DNA from: an uncultured Candidatus Rokubacteria bacterium
GTDB taxonomy: Bacteria; Methylomirabilota; Methylomirabilia; Rokubacteriales; CSP1-6
Reading direction: 5' to 3'
DNA length: 64,000 nt
Assembly (NCBI GenBank): GCA_963789955.1
Contig: CAWBMV010000015.1
Coordinates: forward strand, 224,001-288,000
Numbering within the stretch: the stretch's first letter is position 1; each line of letters starts with the position of its first letter. Shown here in pieces: positions 13,021 to 25,011 of this stretch. A program made the translations under genes and the position numbers. The notes under the pieces are model-generated. The model was not told the DNA's origin. It ran no database searches and was given only the letters and a program-made list of their open reading frames with translations.

Positions 13021-13238
13021 TGCCGCTCCAGCTCGACTTCATCAGCCTCGACGATTGGACGATCAACGGCACGCCGCGCGAGTGCCTCGCGACGATTGCC
13101 GAGGCACGCGAGCGCTGCTCCACGGGATCGGCTTCACCATCTACAGCCTGCCGCGCGAGCGTGCAGGCGCGGATCGAGTACCTCCGGATGATCGCGGAGC
13201 GAGATCGTGCGGCCCGCGGCACGACGCTCGGCGGCTAG
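13017..13238 (+). pseudogene. C-terminal fragment of an LLM-class oxidoreductase
   Basis: WTINGTPRECLATIAEA...ARIEYLRMIAE matches LLM C-termini; no upstream part is present. Confidence 0.55.
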
Positions 13239-13242
13239 ACCG

Positions 13243-14195
13243 ATGCTGCGGCCTGTTCGCGCTCCACCGGCCGGCGAGACGCGCACGAGGAGGCGTGCGC
13301 GCTGCTGGCCGACGCTCGGGTGAGGATGCGGTCGCGTTTACGCCGGCGGCACCGAGCTGCTGCTGCTGATGAAGGTGGGCGTGCTGCGGCCGCGGCACCT
13401 CGTCGACGTGAAGCGCATTCCCGGATTCGGCGGCGATCTCTCGCGACGAGGGCGCGTCGCGTGACGATCGGCGCGGCCGTCACGCACCGCACCGTCGAGC
13501 AATCCGCGCTCGTGCGAGCGCGCTGCCCGCTGGTCGGGACCGTCGCCCGGCACGTCGCCAACGTGCGCGTCCGGAACGTCGGCACGGTCGGCGGCAACCT
13601 CGCCTTCGCCGATCCGCACAGCGACCTGGCCACCTCGTTCCTGACCTTCGACGCGTCGGTCCGAGCTGCAGTCGCCGCGCGGGCGCGCGTGAGCTGTCGC
13701 TGGACGACTTCGTGCTCGGCCCGTGGGAGACGGCGCGTACCTCGAACGAGGTTGTCGCGTCGGTGACGCTCGCGCCGTGGCCGGGCGAGACCGCATGCCG
13801 CGTATGTGAAGTTCGGTGTGCACGAGCGTCCGACCCTCGGCGATCGCGGCGATGCTTCGCCTCGCCCCCGGTGGCTCGGGGCATCACGGCGGTGATCGCG
13901 TCGCGGAGGCGCGCATCGCGATCGGCTGCGTCAATCCGCGGCCGATGCGCATGGCCGGCGCGGAGGCGCGACTGATCGGCGCTTCCGTCACGGACCTGGA
14001 GCACGCGGCCCGCGAGGCATCGGACGCCGCCGCCGACGCCGTGGATCCCGCCGACGACCTGTACGGTCTGGGCCGACGAGAAAGCGTGAGACGGTGGCGG
14101 TGTTCGTGCGTCGCGCGCCCGCGTCGCGGTGTGGTGCTGCGGCGCGAGCTGTTGCGCGGTGCTACGTGCGTGCTCCGCGTGAAGGCGATCCGTGA
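13243..14195 (+). CDS. Xanthine dehydrogenase family FAD-binding subunit (CoxM/CutM-like), heavily frameshifted
   Basis: AGGTELLLLMK, LVDVKRI, IGAAVTH, ANVRVRNVGTVGGNLAFADPHSD. Confidence 0.82.
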
Positions 14196-14199
14196 ATGC

Positions 14200-14647
14200 T
14201 TCATGTCGTCGTCAATGGTTCGCGACGCCAAGCTCGAGGCTGTGCTCGACGTGCTGCTGCTGGACGTGCTGCGTGACGGCCTCAGCTCAAGGGCGCCGAA
14301 GCGTCCTGCCAGACCCAGGCGTGCGGTGCTGTACGGCTTCTGTCGATGGCCTCGCCGTTAGCGCCGGACGTACCCGGCGATCGAGGCCGAGGACGCTCCG
14401 TGCGACGGTCGAGGGCCTGGCGAAGGGCATCGGCTCTATCCGCTCCAGCGCGTGTTCGTGGAGGGGGTGCCGTGCAGCGCGGCTTCTGCACGTCGGGGAT
14501 GCTGCTCGACGGCGCGGGCGATGCTGCCGAGAACGCGCAGCCGACTCGCGAGGACGTGTCGCACTACCTGCGTGGCAGCCTCTGTCGCGGACGGGCTACC
14601 GGAAGATCGTCGACGCGATCTGGCGGCGCGCCGAGCCCGCTCGATGA
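14200..14647 (+). CDS. (2Fe-2S)-binding small subunit (CoxS/CutS-like), heavily frameshifted
   Basis: LLLDVLRDGL, TVEGLA, degraded Q-C-GFCTSGML, YLRGSLCR-TGYRKIVDAI; sits between FAD and Mo subunits. Confidence 0.72.
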
Positions 14648-16926
14648 GCGCGCGACCGTCCGCGTCGTCGGGCACCCCGCGCCGCGCGTCGACGCGCTCG
14701 AGAAAGTGACCGGCCGCGCACGGTACGCAACCGACCTGACGTTCCCGGCATGGCTCACGCGAAGGTGCTCCGCTACCGTACGCCCACGCCCGGGTGCGGC
14801 GCGTCGACGTCACGCGCGCCCGTGCGCGGGCCGGTGCTCCGGCGCTGCTGGAGCCGATGGACCTGCGCGACCCGTGATAGGAACGGCGTATCGCGATCGG
14901 CCGGTGCTCGCGATCGACGTCGCCGGCGACGAGGGCGAGCCGGTCGCGGCGGTGGCCGCGGTCGACGAAGTGACGGCCGAGGAGGCGCTCGATCTGATCG
15001 ACGTCGACTACGAGCCGCTCGCGAGGTGATGACGCTCGAGGAAGCGCTGGCGTCGAGCGCTCCCTCGTGCACGCGGGCCAGCCTGCGGCAGGACACTTCG
15101 TGGATTCTCGACCTCAAGCGCGAATCAGAACCAACATCTGCCACCAGTTCGCGTTCGCGCGGGGTGATGCGGCCTCAGCACTCGCCGCCGCCGACGTCGT
15201 CGTCGAGGACGCGTACCGCTTTCCGCCGGTCCAGCACGTCGCGCTCGAGCCCCACGCGGTCGTGGCCGCCTGGGACGAGACCGGCGCTTTGACACTCTGG
15301 GCGTCGACTCAGAATCCGTACTCCGTGCGCGTCGAGCTGGCGAAGATGTTCGATGTCCCGCTCGCGCGAATTCGCGTCGTGGTCCCGCATCTCGGCGGCG
15401 GCTTCGGCAGCAAGACGTACGCGAAGCTCGAGCCCCTGGCCGCGACCCTGGCACGCGCGGCCGGCCGTCCGGTTCGCCTGGCCGCCTCGGTGCCGGAAGC
15501 GTTCCAGACGGTGCGCCGCTGCGCCTCGCGCGTCGCCATGCGCGCCGGGTTCCGCCGCGACGGCACGCTGGTGGCAGTCGAATGCGACGCCGACTACGAC
15601 GTCGGCGCCTACGCGGACATCGGTCCGCGCGTCGTTCAGAAGGGCACCTACACGGCGACCGGTCCCTACCGTGTCGCGCACGTGAAGCTCGAGGCTCGCG
15701 CCGTCTACACGAACACGACGCCGGGCGGAGCATTCCGTGGGTTCGGCGTGCCGCAGCTCGCGTGGGCGCTCGAATCGCTCTTCGACGTGGCGGCGGACCG
15801 GCTCGCTCGTGACCCGGTCGACCTGAGGCGTCAGAACTTTCTCGCCCACGGCGAGGAGTTCGCGCCGGGCGACACGCCGATCGACGGCAAGCTCGAGGAG
15901 AGCCTGAGCCGCGCCGCCGAGGCGATCGGCTGGAGCCAGGCCGCCGCGGCCGACCGCGGGCGCGGCGTGGCGGCGATGCTCAAGGCGTCGGTCGCGCCGA
16001 GCGTGTCGGAGGCGATCGTGCGCCTGCACGCGGACGGGAGCGTCACCGTGCTGGCGAGCGCCGTCGAGATGGGGCAGGGAACGCGCACCGTGCTCGCCCA
16101 GATCGCCGCCGAAGTCCTGAGCGTGCCGCTGACGCGGGTGACCGTCGTCCAGCCCGACACCGCGGTGACGCCGTACGATCAGACGACGAGCTCGAGCCGC
16201 TCGACGGCCATGACCGGTCGGGCCGTGCAAGCCGCCGCCGAGGACGTACGCGAGCAGCTCCTGCTCATCGTGGCGCAGAGCCTCGGCGTCGCGGCACGAG
16301 AGCTCACGCTCGGCGACGGCGCCGTCGTGGCGCCGACGCATCGCCTGTCGTACGCGGAGGTCCTGGCGTTGCGATTCGGTATGTCGGGCGGCGAGCTGAT
16401 CGGCCGCGGCGTGATCGCGCCGGGCCGCACCGCGGCGCCGCTCGGGGGCAGCACGCCATTCTGGGAGATGGCAGTCGGGGCGGCCGAGGTGAGCGTCGAC
16501 GAGGAGACCGGCGCGATCCGGGTCGAGCGGTATGTCTCCGTGGCCGACGTGGGGCGCGCGATCAATCCGCTCCTGCTCGAGGGCCAGGACGAGGGCGGCG
16601 TCGTCCAGGGACTCGGCCACACTTTGCTCGAGGAGATGCTCTACGCGGACGGCCATCTGCTGAACGGCACGTTGCTCGTCTATCGAGTGCCGCGCGCCGA
16701 CGACACGCCGACGGAACTCGAGTGTCACTTCGTGGAGAACGCCGACGGCAGCGGGCCGTTCGGCGCGAAGGGCGCGGGGGAGGGCAGCCTGATTCCGGTG
16801 AGCCCGGCGGTGGCCAACGCGCTCGCGCGACTCACCGGCGCGCGGCTGCGCGACTTGCCGCTGAGCCCGGAGCGCGTGTGGCGCGCGCTCCGGGCCCGCT
16901 CACGGGCGACAGGGAAACCCGCCTAG
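14644..16926 (+). CDS. Xanthine dehydrogenase family molybdopterin-binding large subunit
   Basis: RVDALEKVTGRARY, HLGGGFGSK, GGAFRGFGVPQ, EMGQG, GPFGAKGAGE; 5' part frameshifted. Confidence 0.92.
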
Positions 16927-18062
16927 CTGAGCGCCCGGTACACCTCGGTCTCGAACTTCCCGAACAGGTCGATCGCCGTCTTGTCGTAGAATGTAGCAGC
17001 TGCGAGAGGAAGACGCTGGAGACCCGTTAGTCCGATCGATCCAGTAGTAGGTGTTCGCGAGGCCCGCCGACGCGAGGCCGCCGGCCGAGCGCCCGGTCGG
17101 CGCGTCCTCGTGTTGATCAGGAAGCTCAGTCCCCAGCCTCCGGCGATCCCCGGGAACAGGTCGACGTCGTTGGAGAGCCCGGGCGCCGCCGTCTTGATGT
17201 AGGGCACGTCCAACGGCGCGACGTGGTTCTGCGCCATGAGGTCATGGTCTCGACGCCGCAGGACCTGAACGCGCTCAGGGTGCGGCACGCACGATCATCG
17301 GCGCCAACGTCAGATAGTCGCGGCGCGGTGCCGTAGAGGCCGCCGCCGCCCATGAGGAACTCGGCTCTTCGGGGAGCGCGGAATCGATCGGCGCGCGCGC
17401 CCCCTTCTCGTCGCGCTGATGCACGCTCGCCAGCGGCTTCGCATCGACGGCGAGATCTTGAACGCGGTGTCGTTCATGCCGAAGGGCCGAAGATGTCGTC
17501 CTTGAACAGCTCTATCAGCTTCGGCTGTCCACCGTCGACGATTCCGCCGATCTAGTCCACGCTGATCCGTACTCCCAGCGGGTCGCCGGATTGAACAGGA
17601 GCGGGCGCGGTCAGCGCCGCGTCGCACGCGGCCATTCCCGGCGTCGGTGGCGCTCTGACATGCGATCTCCGGTTGCGACACCGTAGGCGAAGCCGCGGGC
17701 GCGCGCCATGAGGCGCCGCAGGCCACGGGCCGCTTGGCGCACCCGCAGGCGGGGTTGGCGGTGGCGTCGATCTTGAGCACCGGCTGTCGACAGCGACGAG
17801 ATCATCTTGCTCGCCGGGCCGTCGAGGCTCAGCTCGCTGGACCAGTCTGCATGGTAGCGGTTGCTGGTGATGGCTGTTGCAGCCACGCTATCGATACGAC
17901 GAAGTCGACGCGCTCATCGGCATCCTTGCCGAGCTGCGCTCGCCGAAGGCGGGCCCCCGCACACGTCTTCCTTCGCCCGCGGCGGCGAGCGCGACGATGC
18001 CGGCATGGCCTTCGACTGGGTCGCTGAGCGAAGAGCTTGTCGATGGACGCGATGGTTGGCAT
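16923..18062 (-). CDS. Serine hydrolase (beta-lactamase family esterase), heavily error-degraded
   Basis: PFGMNDTAFKI, GGGGLYGTA, DVDLFPG...WGLSFLINT, LANTYYWID, FETEVY. Confidence 0.72.
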
Positions 18063-18572
18063 GTTAGTCCTCCGAGCGTGTGCGGATGAGCGAGAGCTGG
18101 AGGCGCACGCACCGGACGCCTTCGACGAAGGGCCTCGATGCCGCTGTTCAGGCCGCCGAGCGGAAACCGGCCTCCGCGCGTCGGAACCGCGAGGGTCGTC
18201 ATGATGATCAGTAGCATCTCGTCGCGATCGCGGCCTCCGCCTTGGCGTCGGCGCCGGGGCTGTCTCGGCGCCGGCCGTCGCCGCGCAGGACGAGCTGTTC
18301 GAGTCGATGGCCGCGGCAGCGGGATCGCGGGCAGCAATGGTCGTTCAAGCGGACGGGGCCCGAGCGTCGGCGCCACCCCGCGAGCGTGCCGCAGGACCAG
18401 TACGCGGGGCTGGGGTCCGAGACCGGTCGGTGCCACAGGCATGGCTGCTGATGCGGCGTGTCATCGTACCGATCAAGAGGAGCGAACGGCGATAGAACTG
18501 GATGATGATCACTGGATCTCCCGACGTCGAGGGTGCCGCGCTGGCTCGCTTGACGGTGTAGATGTGCGCGCC

Positions 18573-20005
18573 ATGGCCGCCGTGCGCGACCTCACGTTCA
18601 CCTCGGCCGTCGAGCTGCTGAAGCTCTACCGGGCGCGACGCGTCTGCCGCTCGAGGTCATGCAGGCGGTGCTCGCGCGCATCGACGCCGTGAACCCGAGG
18701 TCAACGCGGTCGTGACGCTCGCCCGCGAGGACGCGCTGCGCACGCCCGGCGCGCCGCGGCCTCCGCCGGGGCGCGTCGCCTGCCGCCGCTCTTCGGCATC
18801 CCCGTCGCCATCAAGGACGTCACGCCGACCAAGGGCATCCGCAACCGACGTACGGCTCCAAGCTCTTCGAGGACCACGTGCCCGAGAGCGACGCGCTGGT
18901 GGTGCAGCGGCTGCGCGCGGCCGGCGCCATCGTCATCGGCAAGACGAACACGCCGGAGTTCGCGTTCGGCCCGAACACCGTCAACACGGTCTTCGGCGCG
19001 ACGCGCAACCCGTGGAACCTCGCGCTGCACCGCCGGCGGCTCGAGCGGCGGCTCGGCGGCGGCGCTCGCGACCGGCATGTGCCCGCTCGCCGAGGGCACC
19101 GATCTGGGCGGCTCGCTCCGCGGCCCGGCGTCGTTCTGCGGGGTCGTCGGGCTTCCGCACCACGCCCGGGCTGATCCCGCGCTATCCGTCGGCGCTGGCG
19201 TGGGACACGTACTCGGTCGAGGGGCCGATGGCGCGCACGGTCGCCGACACCGGCGCTGATGCTGTCGGTGATGGCCGGCGCCGACGATCGCTCGCCGATC
19301 TCCTACGACGTCGACACGCGCGAGCTTGCCCGCGCGGCGAAGGCGCCGTCGGTGAAGGGCTGGCGGATCGCGTGGACGGCGGACCTCGGCGGTCTCGTGC
19401 TGGTCGACGACGAGGTGCGGACGGTCTTCGAGCGCGCGGTCGCCGTGTTCCGCGCCCGCCGGCGCGCGCGTGGAAGCGGCGTGCCCGACATGAGCGACGT
19501 GCCGGAGATCGTGCGGCTCACGCGTGGCCTGCTCATGGTGGCGCGGCACGCCGACAAGCTCCCGGAGCATCGCGCGGTCCTCCAGGAAGGGCTCGTCGAG
19601 AACACGGAGCAGGGCCTCGCGCTCACCGTCGCGCGACGATCGCGCGCGGCGAGCTGCTCCGCACGCGCCTCTGGCAGCGGGTGCGCGAGCTTCCTCGGAG
19701 ACGCGCGACCTGCTGATCACGCCGACGTCGGCGACGCCGCCGTTCCCGCTCGAGAGCCCGCACTGAGGTCAACGGCCAGCCCGTGGGCGAGGCTGCAGCG
19801 CTCGTACCTGACCTACGCGTTCTCGGTGCTGGGCCTGCCTGCCATCTCGATTCCCTGCGGATTCACGCGCGACGGGCTGCCCGTCGGCCTGCAGATCGTC
19901 GGCAGGCGGCGCGGCGAGGCGGCGGTGCTGCGGGCCGCCGCGGCCTTCGAGGCCGCACAGCCCTGGGCGGACGGGATCCCGCCGGTCGCGCGGCGGCCGT
20001 GCTGA
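18573..20005 (+). CDS. Amidase (amidase-signature family), frameshifted
   Basis: [55 protein letters not shown]. Confidence 0.9.
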
Positions 20006-21268
20006 CGCAGCATCGCTGGTGGTCGACGTCCGCGACCGAGGCAGGAACGACTGCAACTGGTTGCTGGATCAACGTCGCGTCGGCGATCGCTCGAGAAGTG
20101 GTCGATCATCAGCCTGGCGGGGTCGGTGACATGGTGCTGCAGTCGGGCACGACGGCGATCGACGGCGCCGGCAACGTGCGGGCATCGGCGACGTCGCCGA
20201 GCAGGTCGAGGTGATCATGATGATCGCCGAGCGGAGCATGGGCAAGGCGGGCGGCAACCTGGCGGACGCGTGCGGAGCCGATCTACGTCACCGACATGAA
20301 GCCGGTGATCGTGCCGCGCGGACCGTCGCCCGGTATCTGCGTGACGCCGTCCTGCGTCCACGCTCGTGCAAGTCAACGAACTCGCGCGCCCGGAGCAGCT
20401 GATCGAGATCGAGCTCGACGCCATCGACGGCGCGGCGCTGCGGCGCAACGCATCTCGTCCGGGCGGGCCATCGAGGACGAGTACGCGTACTCGCGGGCGG
20501 TGCGCGTGGGCGACCGCGTGATCGTCTCCGGCACCACCGCGCTGAGTGCTCGAGGTGTCGTCGAAGGCAAGGGCGAATGTGTCTCGCCAGACGCGGCACA
20601 CGATGGACACGATCTTCTCGGCGCTGGCGCAGGCGGGCGCCGCGCGCGAGGACATCGTCTACACCAAGACGTTTCTCACCGAGCTCGCCCACAGCGCGGA
20701 CTACACGCGCGCGTGGCTCGAGGCCCTGGGTGAGGTGCGACCCACGTCGACCTTGCTCGGCATCCCGGCGCTCGTTCTGCCGGAGATGTTGATCGAGATC
20801 GAGGCGGAGGCGGTCATTGGAGCCGCGAAGACCCGCCGCGACATCTACACACAGCAGCAGCGCGAGAAGCCCCGCGGTTACGCGCGGGCCGTGGAGGTCG
20901 GCGACTGGATCTGGGTCAGCGGCTGCACGTCGATGAACGCCGCGGGCGAGCCGCAGGCGGCAGGCGACTGGGCCGCGCAATCCGATCTTTCGGTGGGGAC
21001 CGCGCAATGGGCGCTCGCGCAGGCCGGCGCCAGCCTCGACGACGTGGTCCGCCGGCGCACGTTCACCGTCGAGGGCGCCCGCCAGAATCGGCTCGGCGAG
21101 GGCCCGCCCTGGTTCGCCAAGAGCGCTCCGGCGTCCCTCGGCTGTCGCATCGCGGGGCTCGCGCGGCCCGAGCTGCTCGTCGAAGTCGAGGTGACGGCCG
21201 TCAAGGGCGCGCACGCGGGGATCGAGTCAATCGGCCCGGACGCCACCGACCCGCTGGATCGCGGCTAG
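19999..21268 (+). CDS. Protein with three tandem Rid (RidA/YjgF/UK114) domains; first domain frameshifted
   Basis: Three repeats of (YxRAV)xVGD..SGxT...D(V/I)V...LxE(I/V)E, ending LIEIELDA, LIEIEAEA and LVEVEVTA. Confidence 0.78.
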
Positions 21269-21362
21269 GTCGCGAGGAGGCGGGCATGACCGGCGGCGTG
21301 GTCCTCGAACCCGCCGAGCCGGGTGAGGCCCAGGCGCCGGCCGTGGTAGAACGTTGCCGGCG

Positions 21363-22445
21363 TCACTCGAACATCAGCACCGTGCGGGCGACCTCGCCGG
21401 CCTTCATCGCGCGGAACGCCTCGTTCACGTCCTCGAGCTGTCCGCGCCGCGTGATCATCTCGTCCAGGCGCAGGCGGCCCTGCTGGTAGAAGTCGATGTA
21501 CTTCGGCATGTCGACCTGAAGCGGTTCGAGCCCATGCTGCAGCCCTGGATGCGCTTCTCGCGCAGGAACACGCTGCCCTCCAGCTCGATCTTCTGCCCGA
21601 CCGGGATCATGCCGATGATCGTCGCCGTGCCGCCCGGGCGGAGGCACTCGAACGCCTGCTCGGCCGTCTTCTTGAGGCCGATCGCCTCGAAGGCGTAGTC
21701 GACGCCGCCGTCGGTCATCTCGCGGATGGCCTCGACCGGGTCGCCGTGCGACGCGTCGACGATGTGCGTCGCGCCGAGCTCCCTGGCCTTCGCCAGCTTG
21801 TTCTCGAGCACGTCGACGGCGATGATCATGCCCGCGCCCGCGATGCGCGCGCCCTGGATCACGGCGAGGCCGACGCCGCCGGCGCCGAACACCGCGACCG
21901 TCGAGCCCGGCTCGACGCGCGCCGTGTTGAGCACCGCGCCCACGCCGGTCGTCACGCCGCAGCCGATCAGCGCGGCGCGGTCGAGCGGCATGTCGTCGCG
22001 GATCTTCACGAGCGCGTTCTCGTGCACCAGCATCTTCTCGGCGTAGGCGGAGAGGTTCGCGAACTGGTTCACCGGCGCGCCGTTCCAGGTGAGCTTCGGC
22101 GGCTCGCTGCGGCGCGCGCGACGCGGCCGGGACTGGCAGAGGTGCGTCCGCCCGGTCAGGCAGTAGGCGCAGTGACCGCAGAAGACCGAGAGGCAGGCGA
22201 TGACGTGGTCGCCCGGCTTGAACTCCGTCGACCTGCGGGCCGACCGCCTCGACGATGCCGGCCGCCTCGTGGCCGAGGATCGCCGGCGTCGGGAACGGGT
22301 AGTAGCCGTCGACGAAGTGCAGGTCGCTGTGGCAGACGCCGCTGGCGACGGTGCGCACGAGCACCTCGCGCCCGATGGGCTTCTCGATCTCGACGTCCTC
22401 GATCGTCAGGGGCTGGTGGGGACCGTGGAAGACGGCGGCTTTCAT
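21363..22445 (-). CDS. Zn-dependent alcohol dehydrogenase (MDR family), frameshifted
   Basis: SGVCHSD, GHEAAG, CGHCAYC, GCGVTTG, GAGGVG. Confidence 0.93.
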   Translation of the reverse strand: MKAAVFHGPHQPLTIEDVEIEKPIGREVLVRTVASGVCHSDLHFVDGYYPFPTPAILGHEAAGIVEAVGPQVDGVQAGRPRHRLPLGLLRSLRLLPDRADAPLPVPAASRAPQRAAEAHLERRAGEPVREPLRLRREDAGARERAREDPRRHAARPRRADRLRRDDRRGRGAQHGARRAGLDGRGVRRRRRRPRRDPGRAHRGRGHDHRRRRAREQAGEGQGARRDAHRRRVARRPGRGHPRDDRRRRRLRLRGDRPQEDGRAGVRVPPPGRHGDDHRHDPGRAEDRAGGQRVPAREAHPGLQHGLEPLQVDMPKYIDFYQQGRLRLDEMITRRGQLEDVNEAFRAMKAGEVARTVLMFE

Positions 22446-22548
22446 GGAGAGCTCCTTTCCTCTGAGGGGACGCTACGTCACACCACGCCGGACGTCAACG
22501 TGTCCGGTCCGGACCGCTCGAGCGCAGCGTCCGGTCAGCCGCGAGCGG

Positions 22549-22956
22549 TCAGGATTTCCCCTCGGGCTCCCGGTCGACCGCGCGCCCGGCCGATGCCCAG
22601 CCGGTGAAGCCGACCGCGAGGTGCGCGACGTTCGGGAACCCCATCTCGCGGAGCACGTCCGCCGCGAGCGCGGAGCGCTGGCCGCCGGCGCAGTACACGA
22701 TGATGCGCTTCGTCGGGTCGATCTTGCCGCTGTAGTAGTGAGAGGTCGGGTCGAGCCAGAACTCGAGCATGCCGCGCGGCACGTGGGTCGAGCCGGGAAT
22801 GAACCCGACCTTGCGCCGCTCGCGGACGTCGCGGATGTCCACCACCTGGGCATCGCCGCGCGCGATCTCGGCTTCCACCTGCTCGATGGACAGATTCTCG
22901 ATCCGCGTCTTCGCTTCCTCGACCATCTGCCCGACGGTCTTCTTCGGCTTCCACAT
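22549..22956 (-). CDS. Rhodanese-like domain protein
   Basis: VDIRDVRE, IPGSTHVPRGMLEF, YCAGGQRSALA; GAGGAG RBS. Confidence 0.9.
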   Translation of the reverse strand: MWKPKKTVGQMVEEAKTRIENLSIEQVEAEIARGDAQVVDIRDVRERRKVGFIPGSTHVPRGMLEFWLDPTSHYYSGKIDPTKRIIVYCAGGQRSALAADVLREMGFPNVAHLAVGFTGWASAGRAVDREPEGKS

Positions 22957-22967
22957 GTTGGGGCTCC

Positions 22968-23706
22968 TCAGACGTGTATCGTTCGCACCGGAGGCGAGCT
23001 CAGGCAACGTGCGCGACGCTGCGAAGCGTCCGATGTCCTGGCGGGCGCGGTCGGTGAGCGCGTAGGTCGCGCGCTGCAGCCGCCGGAACCAGCCATAGAC
23101 GTCGCGCTGGAGAATGCGCGGCGCGTTCGGCACCAGCCCCGTCTCGCGCAGGGTCTTCAGGCTCGCGCGCCCGCCGCGCTCGATGAGGATCGCGCAGCGG
23201 AGCGCCTCCTGGCGATAGGCGGTCACGATGGGCGTCCGGGTGACGCCGCCGCGGTTCGGATCGCCGACGCGCCGCCCGTGCTCGCCGAGCAGACGCGTCA
23301 GATTCGCGGTCCGCCGGCGCGGCCGGTATGGAACGGGATCGAGGACCACCTCCACGCAGGCAGCGGTACTTCCCGGCGCGACGGTCATCAATCCGAGGCC
23401 GAGCCGGCGACACAGGTCACGCACGTCGCGCCGAAGAACGGAATGGCGGCGACCGCGCCGGCCGCGGGGTCGCCCGACGGCGAGGTACACGCGGTCCGTC
23501 ATCGTGAGCCGATCGACGCCCTGGAGCACGAGGCTCAGGCTGAAGGCCAGCTTCAGCTCGACGATCACGGGCGGCTCCTCGCCGCGTACCGCGACGACGT
23601 CGCAGCCACGGACCTCCGCCTTGACGTCGTAGCCCAGACCTTCGAGGAACGCCTTCACGGCCGGATAGAGGTCGGCCTCGGCGCACGCGGGTCCGCGACG
23701 TCGCAT
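22968..23706 (-). CDS. DUF2161 family putative PD-(D/E)XK-fold protein
   Basis: EADLYPAVKAFLE..GYDVKAEV..CDVV, VIVELK, LCRRLGLG, GDPNRGG, TAYRQEAL. Confidence 0.85.
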
Positions 23707-23797
23707 CGACGCGATTCTACGCGGCCGACCCGCGAAAACGGCCACGTTCTCGTTTGTCTCACGGCCGGACAGACGGCTCGCGCGCGCCTGTCGTCTT

Positions 23798-24798
23798 TCA
23801 CGTGCGTACGGCCGGCAGCACCTTCTCGCCGAAGAGCCGGACGGTCGCGACCGGGTCGACCGCGAGGCTGACCGAGAACATGAGCCGCCGCACACCGGCC
23901 GCCCGAGCCGCGCGCACCTGCGCCAGACACTCATCGGGCGTGCCGCAGATGGCCAGACGCCCGGCGAGGTAGTCGAACAGGCCGAGCTCGGTCACGAGGG
24001 CGGCGTCGGCGGCGCCGGGCCGCGTGCTGTAGCGGCGGCGCAGCTCCTGCAGCGCCGCGCGATGCTGCGGCGGGCACACCACGCCGAGCCAGATCGCCGC
24101 CGCCCATGACGTAGGCCGACACGAACGCGAGGATCGCGCCGATCTTGCGTCGCGAGGCATCGCCGTCCGTGCTGCAGTCGAGACACGCGATCTGCCAGAT
24201 CTCGATGTCATCCGGGTTCCGGCCGGCGGCGCGCGCCGCTCGTGCAACCGCGCCCTCCGACTCGGCGACATTCGCGGCGGCGAGGCCGTAGTTGATGAAG
24301 ACGCCGTCTGCGTGCGCTCCCGCGGCGCTGAGTGAACGCGGATGGGATGCCGCGAGGAAGACCGGACTCGGTCGCTTCACCCACGGCAGGTGCGCGGTGC
24401 CGCCGCGGTACGACGCCGGGCGCCCGCGCAAGAGCTCCTTGATGAACGCGACGCCGTCGGCGAGCTCACCCGCCGGCAGACTTGCCGTCCCGAGGTTTCG
24501 CGTGCCGCTGTGGCCCGACGCCGATTCCGAGCACCGCGCGCCCGGGGGCCAGCAGATCGATCGACGCGATCGAGGCCGCCGCGACGGCCGGATGGCGCGT
24601 CACGAGGTTGGTCACGCAGACGGAGACCCGCGCGCGGCGTGTGTCCGAGGCCAGGAGCGTCGTCGCCACCCACGGATCCATCGCGATGCCCGGCGTGTCG
24701 GCGATGCCGACCATGTCGTAGCCGAGGGCGTCGGCCGCCTCGGCCATCGCCCGCACGAGTGCCACGTCATACGGCCAGAAGAAGAACCCGACCTCCAC
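23798..24798 (-). CDS. LLM-class (Mer-like) oxidoreductase, frameshifted
   Basis: GYDMVGIAD, VTNLVTRHP, PGRAVLGIG, VFLAAS, AICGTPDEC. Confidence 0.85.
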
Positions 24799-24822
24799 GT
24801 CAGGTCGTGAGCGCCGTGCCCC

Positions 24823-24945
24823 TCACGAGGGCCGGCGGCTCAAGAGGGAATCGAGCTGTGCCGCGTCGATCCACGCCGCGAAGACCTTGTCGGCCCCGGC
24901 CTCGAGCGTGCGGACCTGCGTGACCGACTCGTCGGTGTCGTGCAT
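24823..24945 (-). pseudogene. Truncated SRPBCC/AHSA1-like N-terminus (40 aa)
   Basis: MHDTDESVTQVRTLEAGADKVFAAWIDAAQL with GGGAG RBS, then an early stop. Confidence 0.5.
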
Positions 24946-25011
24946 GTTCTCCCGCTCTCTATGATTCTCTCGCCGGCGCGAAGCGATCGCCAATCGCGGC
25001 CCGCGGGGCCG

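Noticed and set aside
13243..16926. Aerobic CO dehydrogenase (coxMSL)
   Set aside because: The active-site loop is AFRGFG, not AYxCSFR (form I) or AYRGAGR (form II).
18086..18520. Possible small minus-strand gene (RDEMLLIIMTTL...GFP, reminiscent of carboxymuconolactone decarboxylase family)
   Set aside because: Too degraded to assign frame or family.
22549..23934. DUF2161-rhodanese fusion
   Set aside because: An out-of-frame TGA at 22968 and a GAGGAG RBS before the rhodanese ATG indicate separate genes.
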